Shown: in pieces, positions 38,196-47,037 of the stretch
Layout of the letters: each line of letters opens with the position of its first letter
Numbering within the stretch: position 1 is the stretch's first letter
NCBI GenBank assembly: GCA_963674945.2
Contig: CAXXWQ010000003.1
Location: 224,001-288,000 of the forward strand
Direction of reading: 5' to 3'
From: an uncultured Desulfosarcina sp.
GTDB taxonomy: Bacteria; Desulfobacterota; Desulfobacteria; Desulfobacterales; Desulfosarcinaceae
Length of the DNA stretch: 64,000 nt
Notes under the pieces: generated by a model
What the model was told of the DNA's origin: nothing
The model's database searches: none
Seen by the model: only the letters and a program-made list of their open reading frames with translations
Program-made: the position numbers and the translations under genes

Positions 38196-38885
38196 TTATT
38201 TATTTCTTTCCACCCACCGTTCCATCTTGCCAGCCATCAGCGCCTTGACCTTTTCCAGTGCCTCGAAGGCGGTTTCGCCGTAAGTGTCGGCGCCGATCTC
38301 GTCACACCACTCGGGCGTCATTCCCCATCCGCCGGTGATATAGATCACGTCGTCTCTGACGCCGGCTTCGACCATGGCCTTGTGGATGACACCGCAATAC
38401 GGCGTCACCGGACCGATGATGGCCGAGGCGCCTACGATGTCTGGCTTGTACTTCTTGATCGCCGCAACGAAATCGTCGGCCGACTTGTTCTCTCCGATAT
38501 CGATGGACTTGATGCCTGCACCGGAAAAGAAGGCGGAGACGATTCTCTTGCCGACGTTGTGAAGATCGCCTTCTACCGTGCCGATGATCATCACCTTATC
38601 CTCCGGCTTCCGATTCATTATGGAGGCTTCGACATCCGCTGTCGGCAGCAACTTCTCCATGGCGTCGTTCATGATCTGTCCCGAGATCATCAGGTCGCTC
38701 ATGAACCGGTCATTGGCTTCGTACTCATCGCCGATAATGGTCAACCCGGGGCTTAACCCCTTAACAATGACATCCAGGGCAGGAATCTTGGCATCCATGC
38801 ACTCCTGAACCAGCTGGGCGACCAGGTCGTCATCCAGATCGATAATCGCCTCTTTTAGTTTCTCGAGTATTTCTTCATTTGCCAC
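38196..38885 (-). CDS. Corrinoid (cobalamin-binding) methyl-carrier protein, module 2
   Basis: Cap domain (GLSPGL.IIG); DxHxxG motif GTVEGDLHNVGK; GTG start. Confidence 0.92.
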   Translation of the reverse strand: MANEEILEKLKEAIIDLDDDLVAQLVQECMDAKIPALDVIVKGLSPGLTIIGDEYEANDRFMSDLMISGQIMNDAMEKLLPTADVEASIMNRKPEDKVMIIGTVEGDLHNVGKRIVSAFFSGAGIKSIDIGENKSADDFVAAIKKYKPDIVGASAIIGPVTPYCGVIHKAMVEAGVRDDVIYITGGWGMTPEWCDEIGADTYGETAFEALEKVKALMAGKMERWVERNK

Positions 38886-39001
38886 TGGGATCCGAATCCT
38901 TTAATCGAAGTCGAAGCACGTCAGTGCTTCCGGCGTTCGGGTTGAAGCCGGGTGCAAAACGCCCGGCTTGAATAAAACGAATCAAAAATTGAGATTTCGG
39001 G

Positions 39002-40252
39002 TTATTCATACCTTCCGTATTTTTTCTGCGTTTTGATCGCGGCGTCAATGTGCTCCGCCGGCGCCCAATACGGCGGGAAGATATCGATCGTGAATTTGGG
39101 CATGTGCTTGTGCTTGAGGACGATATCCTTCACCTCTTCCTCAATGGCTGAGATTGGGCCGTTTTCCATGATTTCATCATGGCCGGAAAAACTCATGAAA
39201 CATTCATGTTCGTGATGCCAATCCGCCACCGCTTCCAGGTCACATTCACCGCGTCCGCCGGCACCACCATTCCACATTTCTCCTGCAGGCCCAAGTGCGC
39301 CTTGCTCCCAGACAATCGGAAGCGCTTTCATCGTCATGCCTGTGAGGGGATAACCATGGGATAAGTGGATCGGTCTTCCGAGTTTTTCTTTTGCATAATC
39401 ACTCAGCGCTTTGCCGAGTGTTCTATAAGAATCAAGCATCCATTCTTTGCCACCCAACGGGTAGCTGTCCCACATCGCTCACATCCATATCCCGTCTGGT
39501 TCACACTCATCGATCATGGCTTTACCGAATCCGATGAGAAACTCGGTGGCGATCTCATGGCCTTTCTTTATTATCTCCGGTTGCTTTCGCAGGAAATTGG
39601 GAAACTCCATCCAACCCAACATCCCCATCATCATCAAAAGGTCCGGACCTGGGCAGATTGAAGTCCAAAGCGGCATGGGTATCTTGTACTCGGTGAGTAT
39701 TCGTCTGAACTCCCGGTTGGCCCAGATATAACCTGGATACAAGCCATCCTTGCGAGTATCCGGCACGGGCATGCCCTCTAAATCATCGATGGTTTTGATC
39801 GGCATGGGCGGTTCGATAATCGGGTTTCCATAGTCGATCATGATCGACTGACCGCCCCACATATCCTCGCCGTAATTGATGTTATGAAAGTTGCAATAGT
39901 CCAGTCCGAAACGGGCAGCCGTTGCCAGATGGGTCAATATCCACAGCTTCGGATACAAAAGCGTATCCACCGGCTTTATCGCATCGGAAGAGTGATCCAT
40001 GGCATGACTGATGTAGACGGAGGTCGTCGCAAGGTACGTCAACGTGCGATCCTTATCCTCACCATACATCGTCGCTTTCCAGCGCTCGAGAGGGGTCATC
40101 CCTCCCTCATCCTTAATATTGTTGAGAATCTTTTCACAGTAGCGATCTATCAGTACTTTTTCTTCACGGCTCCACTCAAAATCCAGCTTATCGAGATGCG
40201 TGTTGTACCAATAGGGCGCCGGTTTAATCGGTTTTCTTCCTTGAAAAGCCAT
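39002..40252 (-). CDS. UroD/MtaA-fold corrinoid methyltransferase, module 2; candidate selenoprotein (in-frame TGA at codon 258)
   Basis: ORFs 39479..40252 and 39002..39475 are in one frame (TGG ATG TGA GCG ATG); read-through gives 416 aa colinear with paralog 44075..45295; SECIS-like hairpin follows the TGA. Confidence 0.75.
39449..39465 (-). promoter_or_regulatory. Candidate bacterial SECIS element
   Basis: GCUACCC-GUU-GGGUGGC, a 7-bp stem with one G-U pair, at +14 to +30 after the UGA; the loop begins GU at +21. Confidence 0.65.
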
Positions 40253-40277
40253 AACTCACCGACCTCCTTTTAAATAA

Positions 40278-40619
40278 TTACATCGTTGCAGGCAACACCT
40301 TCATCAAGGCCTCATCGGATTTCCGAGACTTCATTTTACCCTCGGTATACGCTTCCATTGGGGGGACTGTTTTATTATTAATACCTACCCATGTGTCACT
40401 GTCCATTTCAAGGACGCCGTCGGCGGCATCCTCATCGATCTTTTCTTCGCAGTTTTCCACCGTTCCGTCCATGGCCATCTTTAACAGCCAGCCGGTGTTC
40501 AGATCGGAAATGACGAACTGGATAGAGCCACCCCAATCCGCTGAAGAAAATGGGCCTACTTCGTTAATCTTTTCGACCATCGTCTGCATGGCATTTGCCG
40601 CCTCTTCCATCGTTGCCAT
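40278..40619 (-). CDS. SCP2 sterol/lipid-binding domain protein
   Basis: 113 aa; IQF.ISD...ADGVLEMDSDTW..I......PMEAY..GKMK pattern. Confidence 0.8.
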   Translation of the reverse strand: MATMEEAANAMQTMVEKINEVGPFSSADWGGSIQFVISDLNTGWLLKMAMDGTVENCEEKIDEDAADGVLEMDSDTWVGINNKTVPPMEAYTEGKMKSRKSDEALMKVLPATM

Positions 40620-40638
40620 TTACTTTCCCCCGTTTCTA

Positions 40639-41841
40639 TTATGCTTTGGTGATCCCGGCCTCCAATGCCAGTTCCAAGATGTCCAGTGTATCTATATCGG
40701 AGCCTGCTGCATCGATACCATCGATGATGTTTCTCTTGCAGGAAGGGCATGCGGATAGGACGACTTCTGCGCCGACTTCTTCGGCCTGGGCCGCCTTGTC
40801 CATTCCAATCTCCACCGCCAAGTCGTAGTTGATACCCTTGACGCCACCACCGCCGCCACAACACCAGGTTTTTTCACGGTTTCTGACGAATTCCACAATC
40901 TCGATTCCTGGGATGGCTTCGAGAATCTTCCTCGGCTCGTCAAAAACCCGCATGTCACGCCCCAGTTCACAAGGATCGTGATAGACCACCTTCTTTTTCA
41001 CCTCCTTGGTAAACTTCACCTTACCTTGCTCGATCTGCTCTGCCAGTATCTGAACGATGTGTTTTGCCTGGATCTTGTAATCGTCGCCCTCCAACTTCAG
41101 CATCTTGGGATAATCCTGAACGAGGATCCGATAGCAACCGGCGCAGGAAGCGATCACCTTCTTGCCCTTCATCAGCTCATAATTATGCCGCATCAAATCC
41201 CTTGCCAAAAACAGGTTTCCCATCATCAGCATGGGATTGCCGCAACAATGCTCTTCCTCTCCCAGGATGTTAAAGGGGATGTCCAGTATGTTGAGGATCT
41301 TTCCCGTTGCCTGAGCGATCTCTATTTCCCGAAAACTCGACAGGCACCCGACGAAATAGGTAGTATCGGCATTGGGATCCAGTTTGATGTCGGCATCCTC
41401 CGCCCACTCGCCTCTCTCCTCGTTGGGATAGCCCATTACATTCTGTGATTTCTCAACGGTATCGCAGAACATGTGGACCTCATCGGGAAGTTTGGCACCG
41501 GAAGAATATAGTTCGGCTCTTATTGCCTTAACGATGTGCGGATGATCGATCAGCGGGCCAAAGGTTTCCATATCCACGGCACCGCAGGTTTCACGACAGT
41601 TTCCACAGAGAAGACACTCGTAGATCGCCTGGACCGGAGCATCGGTGATATCGTATCTACCCTCTAAGACGTTCCTGCCTACCTCTACCCTGCCAATGGG
41701 GAAATTGGTCCAGAATCCCGCCGTATGCTCACCCGCAGGGCACACCCTGAACACCTTCTGTTCCAAACTATACTTTGAACGACATACGCCACATCGGACG
41801 CACCTCGTCACGCCTTTACGATATTTCTCTAACTCACCCAT
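40639..41841 (-). CDS. Fe-S oxidoreductase (GlcF/HdrD-like; ferredoxin + two CCG domains), module 2
   Basis: CVRCGVC, CLLCGNCRETC, CCGNP, SCAGC, YHDPC, CCGGGGG and SACPSC motifs. Confidence 0.9.
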   Translation of the reverse strand: MGELEKYRKGVTRCVRCGVCRSKYSLEQKVFRVCPAGEHTAGFWTNFPIGRVEVGRNVLEGRYDITDAPVQAIYECLLCGNCRETCGAVDMETFGPLIDHPHIVKAIRAELYSSGAKLPDEVHMFCDTVEKSQNVMGYPNEERGEWAEDADIKLDPNADTTYFVGCLSSFREIEIAQATGKILNILDIPFNILGEEEHCCGNPMLMMGNLFLARDLMRHNYELMKGKKVIASCAGCYRILVQDYPKMLKLEGDDYKIQAKHIVQILAEQIEQGKVKFTKEVKKKVVYHDPCELGRDMRVFDEPRKILEAIPGIEIVEFVRNREKTWCCGGGGGVKGINYDLAVEIGMDKAAQAEEVGAEVVLSACPSCKRNIIDGIDAAGSDIDTLDILELALEAGITKA

Positions 41842-41853
41842 TCTGCCGCCTCC

Positions 41854-43308
41854 TTACGCAAAGAATACACCGGGATTCATGATGTTATTGGGGTCCATAG
41901 TTTTCTTCATGGTCTTGACAAAGTGATAGAATTCCGGCGTCCAATACCTTGCCTGGACCCTGGACATGTGACCCTGGGTGGCCTCCATCACATATCCGCG
42001 CTTAGCAGATTCTTCCAGGAAATCCGCCCACATTTCATAAACTTCCCTGTGAAGCTCTTTATCGGTTTCATCCAGAAACGGGATAAAGGTTGTCATCCCA
42101 TAGCCTGGCCCCGATGACAGAAGGCCGGTGATCAACTGCATTTTGTCGTCGATGCCTCTGTCCTTCAGCCGTTTGAAGAAAAACTCGCGGCCCCACTTGT
42201 AGTTATCCAGAATGTCTCTTCGCGATACGATGAGCTCCAATAACGGTACGCTGCCCATCGTGGCCATATTGTTCATGTCATGGGCAAAATCGAGAAAGGT
42301 CTGGGTGAAAGTCACCACACCCGGCGTAGCCTGTGTTCCTCCGTGCCGTGTGTAACATTCGTCGGCAATCTTGTACTTTAAATCGACCTCTTCCTCGCTG
42401 AGGCCGATATTGATGAAAAACAAGATCCACTTTTTTGGCCCCCCGGGATCGATCATATCGATGTACTCCGGACCGAGCAGCATCCCACTGGTGTATGGCT
42501 GTATATACAAATAGGGGTCCACATTCCACAATTCACTATAGGCTGCAAACGCTTGATCCACCGTATCGAAAAAGTAAGCGTTGCCTTTGCGCGCTTTGGG
42601 CAGTGGGAACATGCGATAGGTTGCCTCGACCTTTATTCCGAACATCCCCCCGTCACCGACGAATAGACCGGCCATGTCCGGGCCATGCATTCCCCTGGCC
42701 CAGCTGTTGCCTCGATACTGGCTAAGCGTCCCCTGGCCCGTTCCGGTGTCCACGATTTCCCCATTGGGCAGAACCACCTTTACGCCATTCAGGTAATGAT
42801 AATTCCATCCGATGGAGTAACTGTACCGGCCGAATCCCCCACCCGGTTCCCCGCTGATGTGACCGCCGAGTGTGTTGATATAGTGGGGAACGCCGGCAGT
42901 GTGGATATCATATCCCTTCTCGTTAACTTTACTGGCCAGCTCGCCCAGGGTTATGCCGCACTGAGCGGTTACCGCCGTATTTTCCTCATCGATCTCAAGT
43001 ACTTTGTCCATTCGCCGCATGTCTACGATAATAGCCCTTCCCGGTTGTCCCTTGGGCACACCGGAAATCGAGGCTTTTCCTCCCATGGGAACCAGAGGGG
43101 TGCGCGTCTGGTTTGCCAGCCTGACAATCTCGACAACCTCCTCCGTTGAACCGGGGCGTGCTACGACACCCTGGGCACTTGCCGGTGGAACACAACTTGT
43201 ATCCTTGGTATAGGATAAAAGAACGGAATAATCATCCGAGACATATGTGGAACCAACGATCGACTGCAATTCCTGATATAGCTCGTGATGTGCTCTAGCT
43301 AATACCAT
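41854..43308 (-). CDS. FAD-linked oxidoreductase (GlcD/VAO-PCMH family), module 2
   Basis: RPGSTEEV, PMGG, TLGG, GPDMAGLFVGDGG.FGI and MDPNNIMNPG motifs. Confidence 0.9.
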   Translation of the reverse strand: MVLARAHHELYQELQSIVGSTYVSDDYSVLLSYTKDTSCVPPASAQGVVARPGSTEEVVEIVRLANQTRTPLVPMGGKASISGVPKGQPGRAIIVDMRRMDKVLEIDEENTAVTAQCGITLGELASKVNEKGYDIHTAGVPHYINTLGGHISGEPGGGFGRYSYSIGWNYHYLNGVKVVLPNGEIVDTGTGQGTLSQYRGNSWARGMHGPDMAGLFVGDGGMFGIKVEATYRMFPLPKARKGNAYFFDTVDQAFAAYSELWNVDPYLYIQPYTSGMLLGPEYIDMIDPGGPKKWILFFINIGLSEEEVDLKYKIADECYTRHGGTQATPGVVTFTQTFLDFAHDMNNMATMGSVPLLELIVSRRDILDNYKWGREFFFKRLKDRGIDDKMQLITGLLSSGPGYGMTTFIPFLDETDKELHREVYEMWADFLEESAKRGYVMEATQGHMSRVQARYWTPEFYHFVKTMKKTMDPNNIMNPGVFFA

Positions 43309-43371
43309 TGATCTTCCTCCGTTTGAAAATTACCGATTCTCCTTTAGCGCGTGTAAGCCATTTACGTAAGC

Positions 43372-44034
43372 TTACACACCCCTTTGGGAACGGATTGTCT
43401 TGACCTTGCCTATGGCATCGACGGCGTTTTCGCCGAAGGCGTCGGCCCCAACTTCGTCGCACCACTCCTGCGTCATTCCCCAACCACCGATTAGATAGAT
43501 CACATCATCCCTTATCCCGGCTTCCACCAAGGCTTGATTGATCACTTTGCAGTATGGCTTCAGCGGTCCGAGGATCGCCGAGGCGCCTACGACCAGTGCA
43601 TTATTCTCTTTTACCGCCTTTACGAATGCTTCGGCCGGTTGGTTCTCTCCAATATCAATTACCTTGTATCCTGCGCCGAGAAACAAAGAGGAAACGATTC
43701 GCTTGCCGATGTTGTGATCGTCACCTTCCACGGTACCAATCACCAGCGTATCCCCCGAGTATTTATCATCTCCAGCGCTGGCTTCTATGGCGGGACGCAG
43801 TATCGGCATGGCATCGCCCATCAGTTCTCCTGCGATCACCATGTCGGCCATGAACCTCTCACCGGTCTCGAAACCTTCGCCAATGATGGTCAAACCGGGG
43901 CTCAATCCGTCCATGATCATATCCATAGGCGCCAGATTCTCCGATAGACCATCTTTGAGCAGTGTATGAATGTTCTCCTCATCGAGGTCGATCATCGCCT
44001 GTTTCAGGCCGGCTAAAATTTCTTCCTTTGGCAT
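43372..44034 (-). CDS. Corrinoid methyl-carrier protein, module 1
   Basis: GTVEGDDHNIGK; paralog of 38196..38885; ATG 44034 after AAGGAG. Confidence 0.92.
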   Translation of the reverse strand: MPKEEILAGLKQAMIDLDEENIHTLLKDGLSENLAPMDMIMDGLSPGLTIIGEGFETGERFMADMVIAGELMGDAMPILRPAIEASAGDDKYSGDTLVIGTVEGDDHNIGKRIVSSLFLGAGYKVIDIGENQPAEAFVKAVKENNALVVGASAILGPLKPYCKVINQALVEAGIRDDVIYLIGGWGMTQEWCDEVGADAFGENAVDAIGKVKTIRSQRGV

Positions 44035-44074
44035 CCTTCGGTACTCCTTCTTACCGTTTTGGTCTGGAAGTCGA

Positions 44075-45295
44075 TTAGTATTTACCGTATTTCTTTGCGG
44101 CGGCAATGGCAGCATCGACGTGCGCCTGCGGGGTATGGTAGTCAATCGCCCCGATCCCTATGGAGAACTTGGGGTGATCCTTTCCATATTCACACCGCAT
44201 TTTAACATCCTCTTCGATATCTGCGGTCGGTCCATCCAGTACGGTCTTGTCCGAAGAGAGGCAGATACATTGAATGTCGTACTCTTTAGAGCTATCGACT
44301 GTCTTTATATGATCCAATCCGCCACCGGTAACCCATCCTTTCAGGCCTTCCGGTCCCATTATCCCTCTTTCAACCACGTGTGGGAGCCACACCGCATCGG
44401 CGGCCACACCAGCCGTGTAATAGACGGGGATGTGGGCACCCACGGTTTTGCAGACCTTTTCATGGTGGTCCAGTGTCCACTCATTTCCCTTTACCGGCAA
44501 CCAGCCGAGCCCGGCAGAAATCCAGAGCGCGTCGGCTCCCATCTCATGGGCGGCAAGACATGAATTAATGTAAAGTTCGTCCGCCATCTCCACGCACTTC
44601 TTAAGCAATTCAGGGTTCTTACGTGTAAGCACCATCAATCCGCTGATACCCGTCATGCCCAGCATCACGATGGCAACCGGTTCGCAAAGAACACCGACCA
44701 TCATCGGCAGAGACTCGGACAAATTAAACTCGTCAAGGAATTTCCTGCACTCTCTTACGGCCCACAGGTATCCGGGGTAGAGGCCATGCTTCCTATGGTC
44801 GGGAATTTCCAGCCCCTCCAGATCCTCCATGGTCTTTATCGCAGGGTCTCCCACCACGACCGGGTTGCCATAATCGATCAACTTAGAATTTGCTCCCCAC
44901 AGATCTTCTGTATAACCGGTTGTATAGGGGAAAATCCAATCCGCTTTGAATCTGGCCGTAAAGGCAAAGTGCTGCTTTACCAGCAGTTTTGGATTTCTGT
45001 ACCCGTCTATCGGCTTTAGCGCATCTGCATTGGAATCCAGTGTTCGAATGGCGTAGACATTAAAAGGCGCCGTTGCAACGAAACAACGGTCTTTTTCCTT
45101 GCCTTCCTGTGTAGCAATCCACCGCTCACGCGGAGTCATCTCTTCTTCTTCGATATTTTTATGTATCTTCTCGCAATAGCGCTCGATTTCCAGTTTCTCT
45201 TCGGCAGACCACTCGAAATGGAGTTCATCCAAAGGCGTGTCATACCAATCGGGCGCATTTTGCATTCTGATCCGTTCTTTAGCCAAGGCCTTCAC
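44075..45295 (-). CDS. UroD/MtaA-fold corrinoid methyltransferase, module 1
   Basis: MTPRERW, IKTMEDLEGLEIPD, NPELLKK, GPTADIEEDVK and TPQAHVDAAI motifs; GTG start after GGAG. Confidence 0.85.
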   Translation of the reverse strand: MKALAKERIRMQNAPDWYDTPLDELHFEWSAEEKLEIERYCEKIHKNIEEEEMTPRERWIATQEGKEKDRCFVATAPFNVYAIRTLDSNADALKPIDGYRNPKLLVKQHFAFTARFKADWIFPYTTGYTEDLWGANSKLIDYGNPVVVGDPAIKTMEDLEGLEIPDHRKHGLYPGYLWAVRECRKFLDEFNLSESLPMMVGVLCEPVAIVMLGMTGISGLMVLTRKNPELLKKCVEMADELYINSCLAAHEMGADALWISAGLGWLPVKGNEWTLDHHEKVCKTVGAHIPVYYTAGVAADAVWLPHVVERGIMGPEGLKGWVTGGGLDHIKTVDSSKEYDIQCICLSSDKTVLDGPTADIEEDVKMRCEYGKDHPKFSIGIGAIDYHTPQAHVDAAIAAAKKYGKY

Positions 45296-45348
45296 CTCCT
45301 TGCTCTTTTGGGCATGGGTTTGGCAATTCGGTTACCCTTAACAGACGA

Positions 45349-45795
45349 TTACACCTCTTCTTTGGCGATCTCCGTGATGTCTTTCTTCATCCACTCGGCG
45401 GCTTCGGTAGAGTCTCCCTTCACCAGCCGGGTCATGTCGTCATCCAGGTCGGACGGCTCGATAATCACCAGCCAACCATCGCCATAAGGATCTTCGTTGA
45501 CCAGCGTCGGATTGTCCAACACCGCCTGGTTGGCCTCCACGATCGTTCCGCTTACGGGTGACAACAATGGTCCGACCCACTTGGCCGTCTCCAGAGTTCC
45601 GAATCGTTTTCCCTGCTTCACTTTCTTGCCGGCTGGGAAAAGCCTCATGAACTTGAGTTCTCCGGCCTGCTTCTGGGCAAAGTCGTCTACGCCGACTCTG
45701 ATTTTGCCGTCTTCGTTTTTCGCCCAGCTGTGCGCCGTGTCCTGCGGCCAGTAGTGAAGATCCTTGTCTACCCAATACTTACCAATCTTCGGCAT
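45349..45795 (-). CDS. Glycine cleavage H-like lipoyl-carrier protein
   Basis: H.WAK..D..IRVGVDDFAQ, lipoyl lysine in LETAKWVG, SPVSG and VNEDPYGDGWL motifs. Confidence 0.88.
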   Translation of the reverse strand: MPKIGKYWVDKDLHYWPQDTAHSWAKNEDGKIRVGVDDFAQKQAGELKFMRLFPAGKKVKQGKRFGTLETAKWVGPLLSPVSGTIVEANQAVLDNPTLVNEDPYGDGWLVIIEPSDLDDDMTRLVKGDSTEAAEWMKKDITEIAKEEV

Positions 45796-45807
45796 ATTTT
45801 ATTCTCC

Positions 45808-47004
45808 TTATGCTTTTGCGATCCCAGCTTCGATACACAGTTCAAGGACGTCCAACATGTCCAGATCGGAACCGGCGGCCTTGATGCCGTCATTGATGTT
45901 GGTCTTGCAGGATGGACAGGCGGATACGATTACCGTGGCGCCGACTTCATTGGCCTGTGCCACCTTGTCCGTAGCGATCTCCACGGAAAGGTCGAAGTCG
46001 AATCCTTTGACACCGCCACCGCCGCCACAGCACCAGGTCTGCTCTTTGTTACTGAAAAACTCCACCACCTCGAGTCCGGGAATCGCGGCAAGGATCTTCC
46101 TCGGCTCATCATACGTCTGCGTGTCTCGACCCAGTTCGCAAGGATCGTGATAGACCACCTTCTTTTTGACCTCTTTGGTGAACTTCACCTTGCCCTGCTC
46201 GATCTGCTCGGCCAGTACCTGAACGATGTGTTTGGGTGTAATCTTGTAATCGTCGCCTTCCAGTTTCAGAATCTTGGGATAATCCTGAAGGAGAACGCGA
46301 TAGCAGCCGGCACAGGAGGCGATCACCGTCTTGTCCTTCATTCTTTCATAGTTGTGACGCATCAGATCGCGGGCCAGCATCAGGTTGCCCATCATCAGCA
46401 TGGGATTGCCGCAGCAACTCTCTTCCTCTCCCAGTATGTTAAAGGGGATGTCCAGAATGTTGAGAACCTTACCCACCGCCTGGGCGATCTCCACTTCCCG
46501 AAAGCTGGAAAGGCATCCGACAAAATAGGTGGTGTCGGCATTGGGATCCAGTTTGATGCCCGCATCTTCCACCCAGTCGGCGCGCTCTTCGTTGGGAAAT
46601 CCCATGACGTTCTGGTTTTTTTCAATGGCCGTACAGAACATGTCGACGTGCTCCGGTAACTCGACCCCGGAGTTGAACAGGTCCGCTCTCAGGGCCTTGG
46701 TGATATGGGGCTGAATGATCCTGGGCTTGAATGTCTCCAGGTCCAGGCACCCGCAGGCCTGCCGGCAGTTGCCACAGAGAAGACAACTGTATGCATATTC
46801 GGCCAGCTTCGGGGTTATTTCAACGGTTCCCTCGAGAACGCCCCTGGCCATCTGATTCCTTCCACGGGATGAATAAACCTCGAAACCTTCGGTATGTTCC
46901 CGAATGGGACAGATCTTCCTGTCGCCCCAGGGGCTGTATTTATGAACGCAGACTCCGCATCGAGTGCACCCGTAGATACCTTTTACGTGTTTTTCTAATT
47001 CCAT
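45808..47004 (-). CDS. Fe-S oxidoreductase (GlcF/HdrD-like), module 1
   Basis: Same Cys motifs as 40639..41841. Confidence 0.9.
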   Translation of the reverse strand: MELEKHVKGIYGCTRCGVCVHKYSPWGDRKICPIREHTEGFEVYSSRGRNQMARGVLEGTVEITPKLAEYAYSCLLCGNCRQACGCLDLETFKPRIIQPHITKALRADLFNSGVELPEHVDMFCTAIEKNQNVMGFPNEERADWVEDAGIKLDPNADTTYFVGCLSSFREVEIAQAVGKVLNILDIPFNILGEEESCCGNPMLMMGNLMLARDLMRHNYERMKDKTVIASCAGCYRVLLQDYPKILKLEGDDYKITPKHIVQVLAEQIEQGKVKFTKEVKKKVVYHDPCELGRDTQTYDEPRKILAAIPGLEVVEFFSNKEQTWCCGGGGGVKGFDFDLSVEIATDKVAQANEVGATVIVSACPSCKTNINDGIKAAGSDLDMLDVLELCIEAGIAKA

Positions 47005-47037
47005 TTATTTTTACCTCTCGCTTACGATAGGACGAAT

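Noticed and set aside
39002..39475. 157-aa ORF as an independent gene
   Set aside because: It is the in-frame C-terminal part of the methyltransferase; no clear RBS, and the paralog is a single chain
38196..45295. Pyrrolysine/MtmB-type (methylamine or EmtA estrogen) methyltransferase system
   Set aside because: The methyltransferases are UroD-fold, and the in-frame stop is TGA, not TAG
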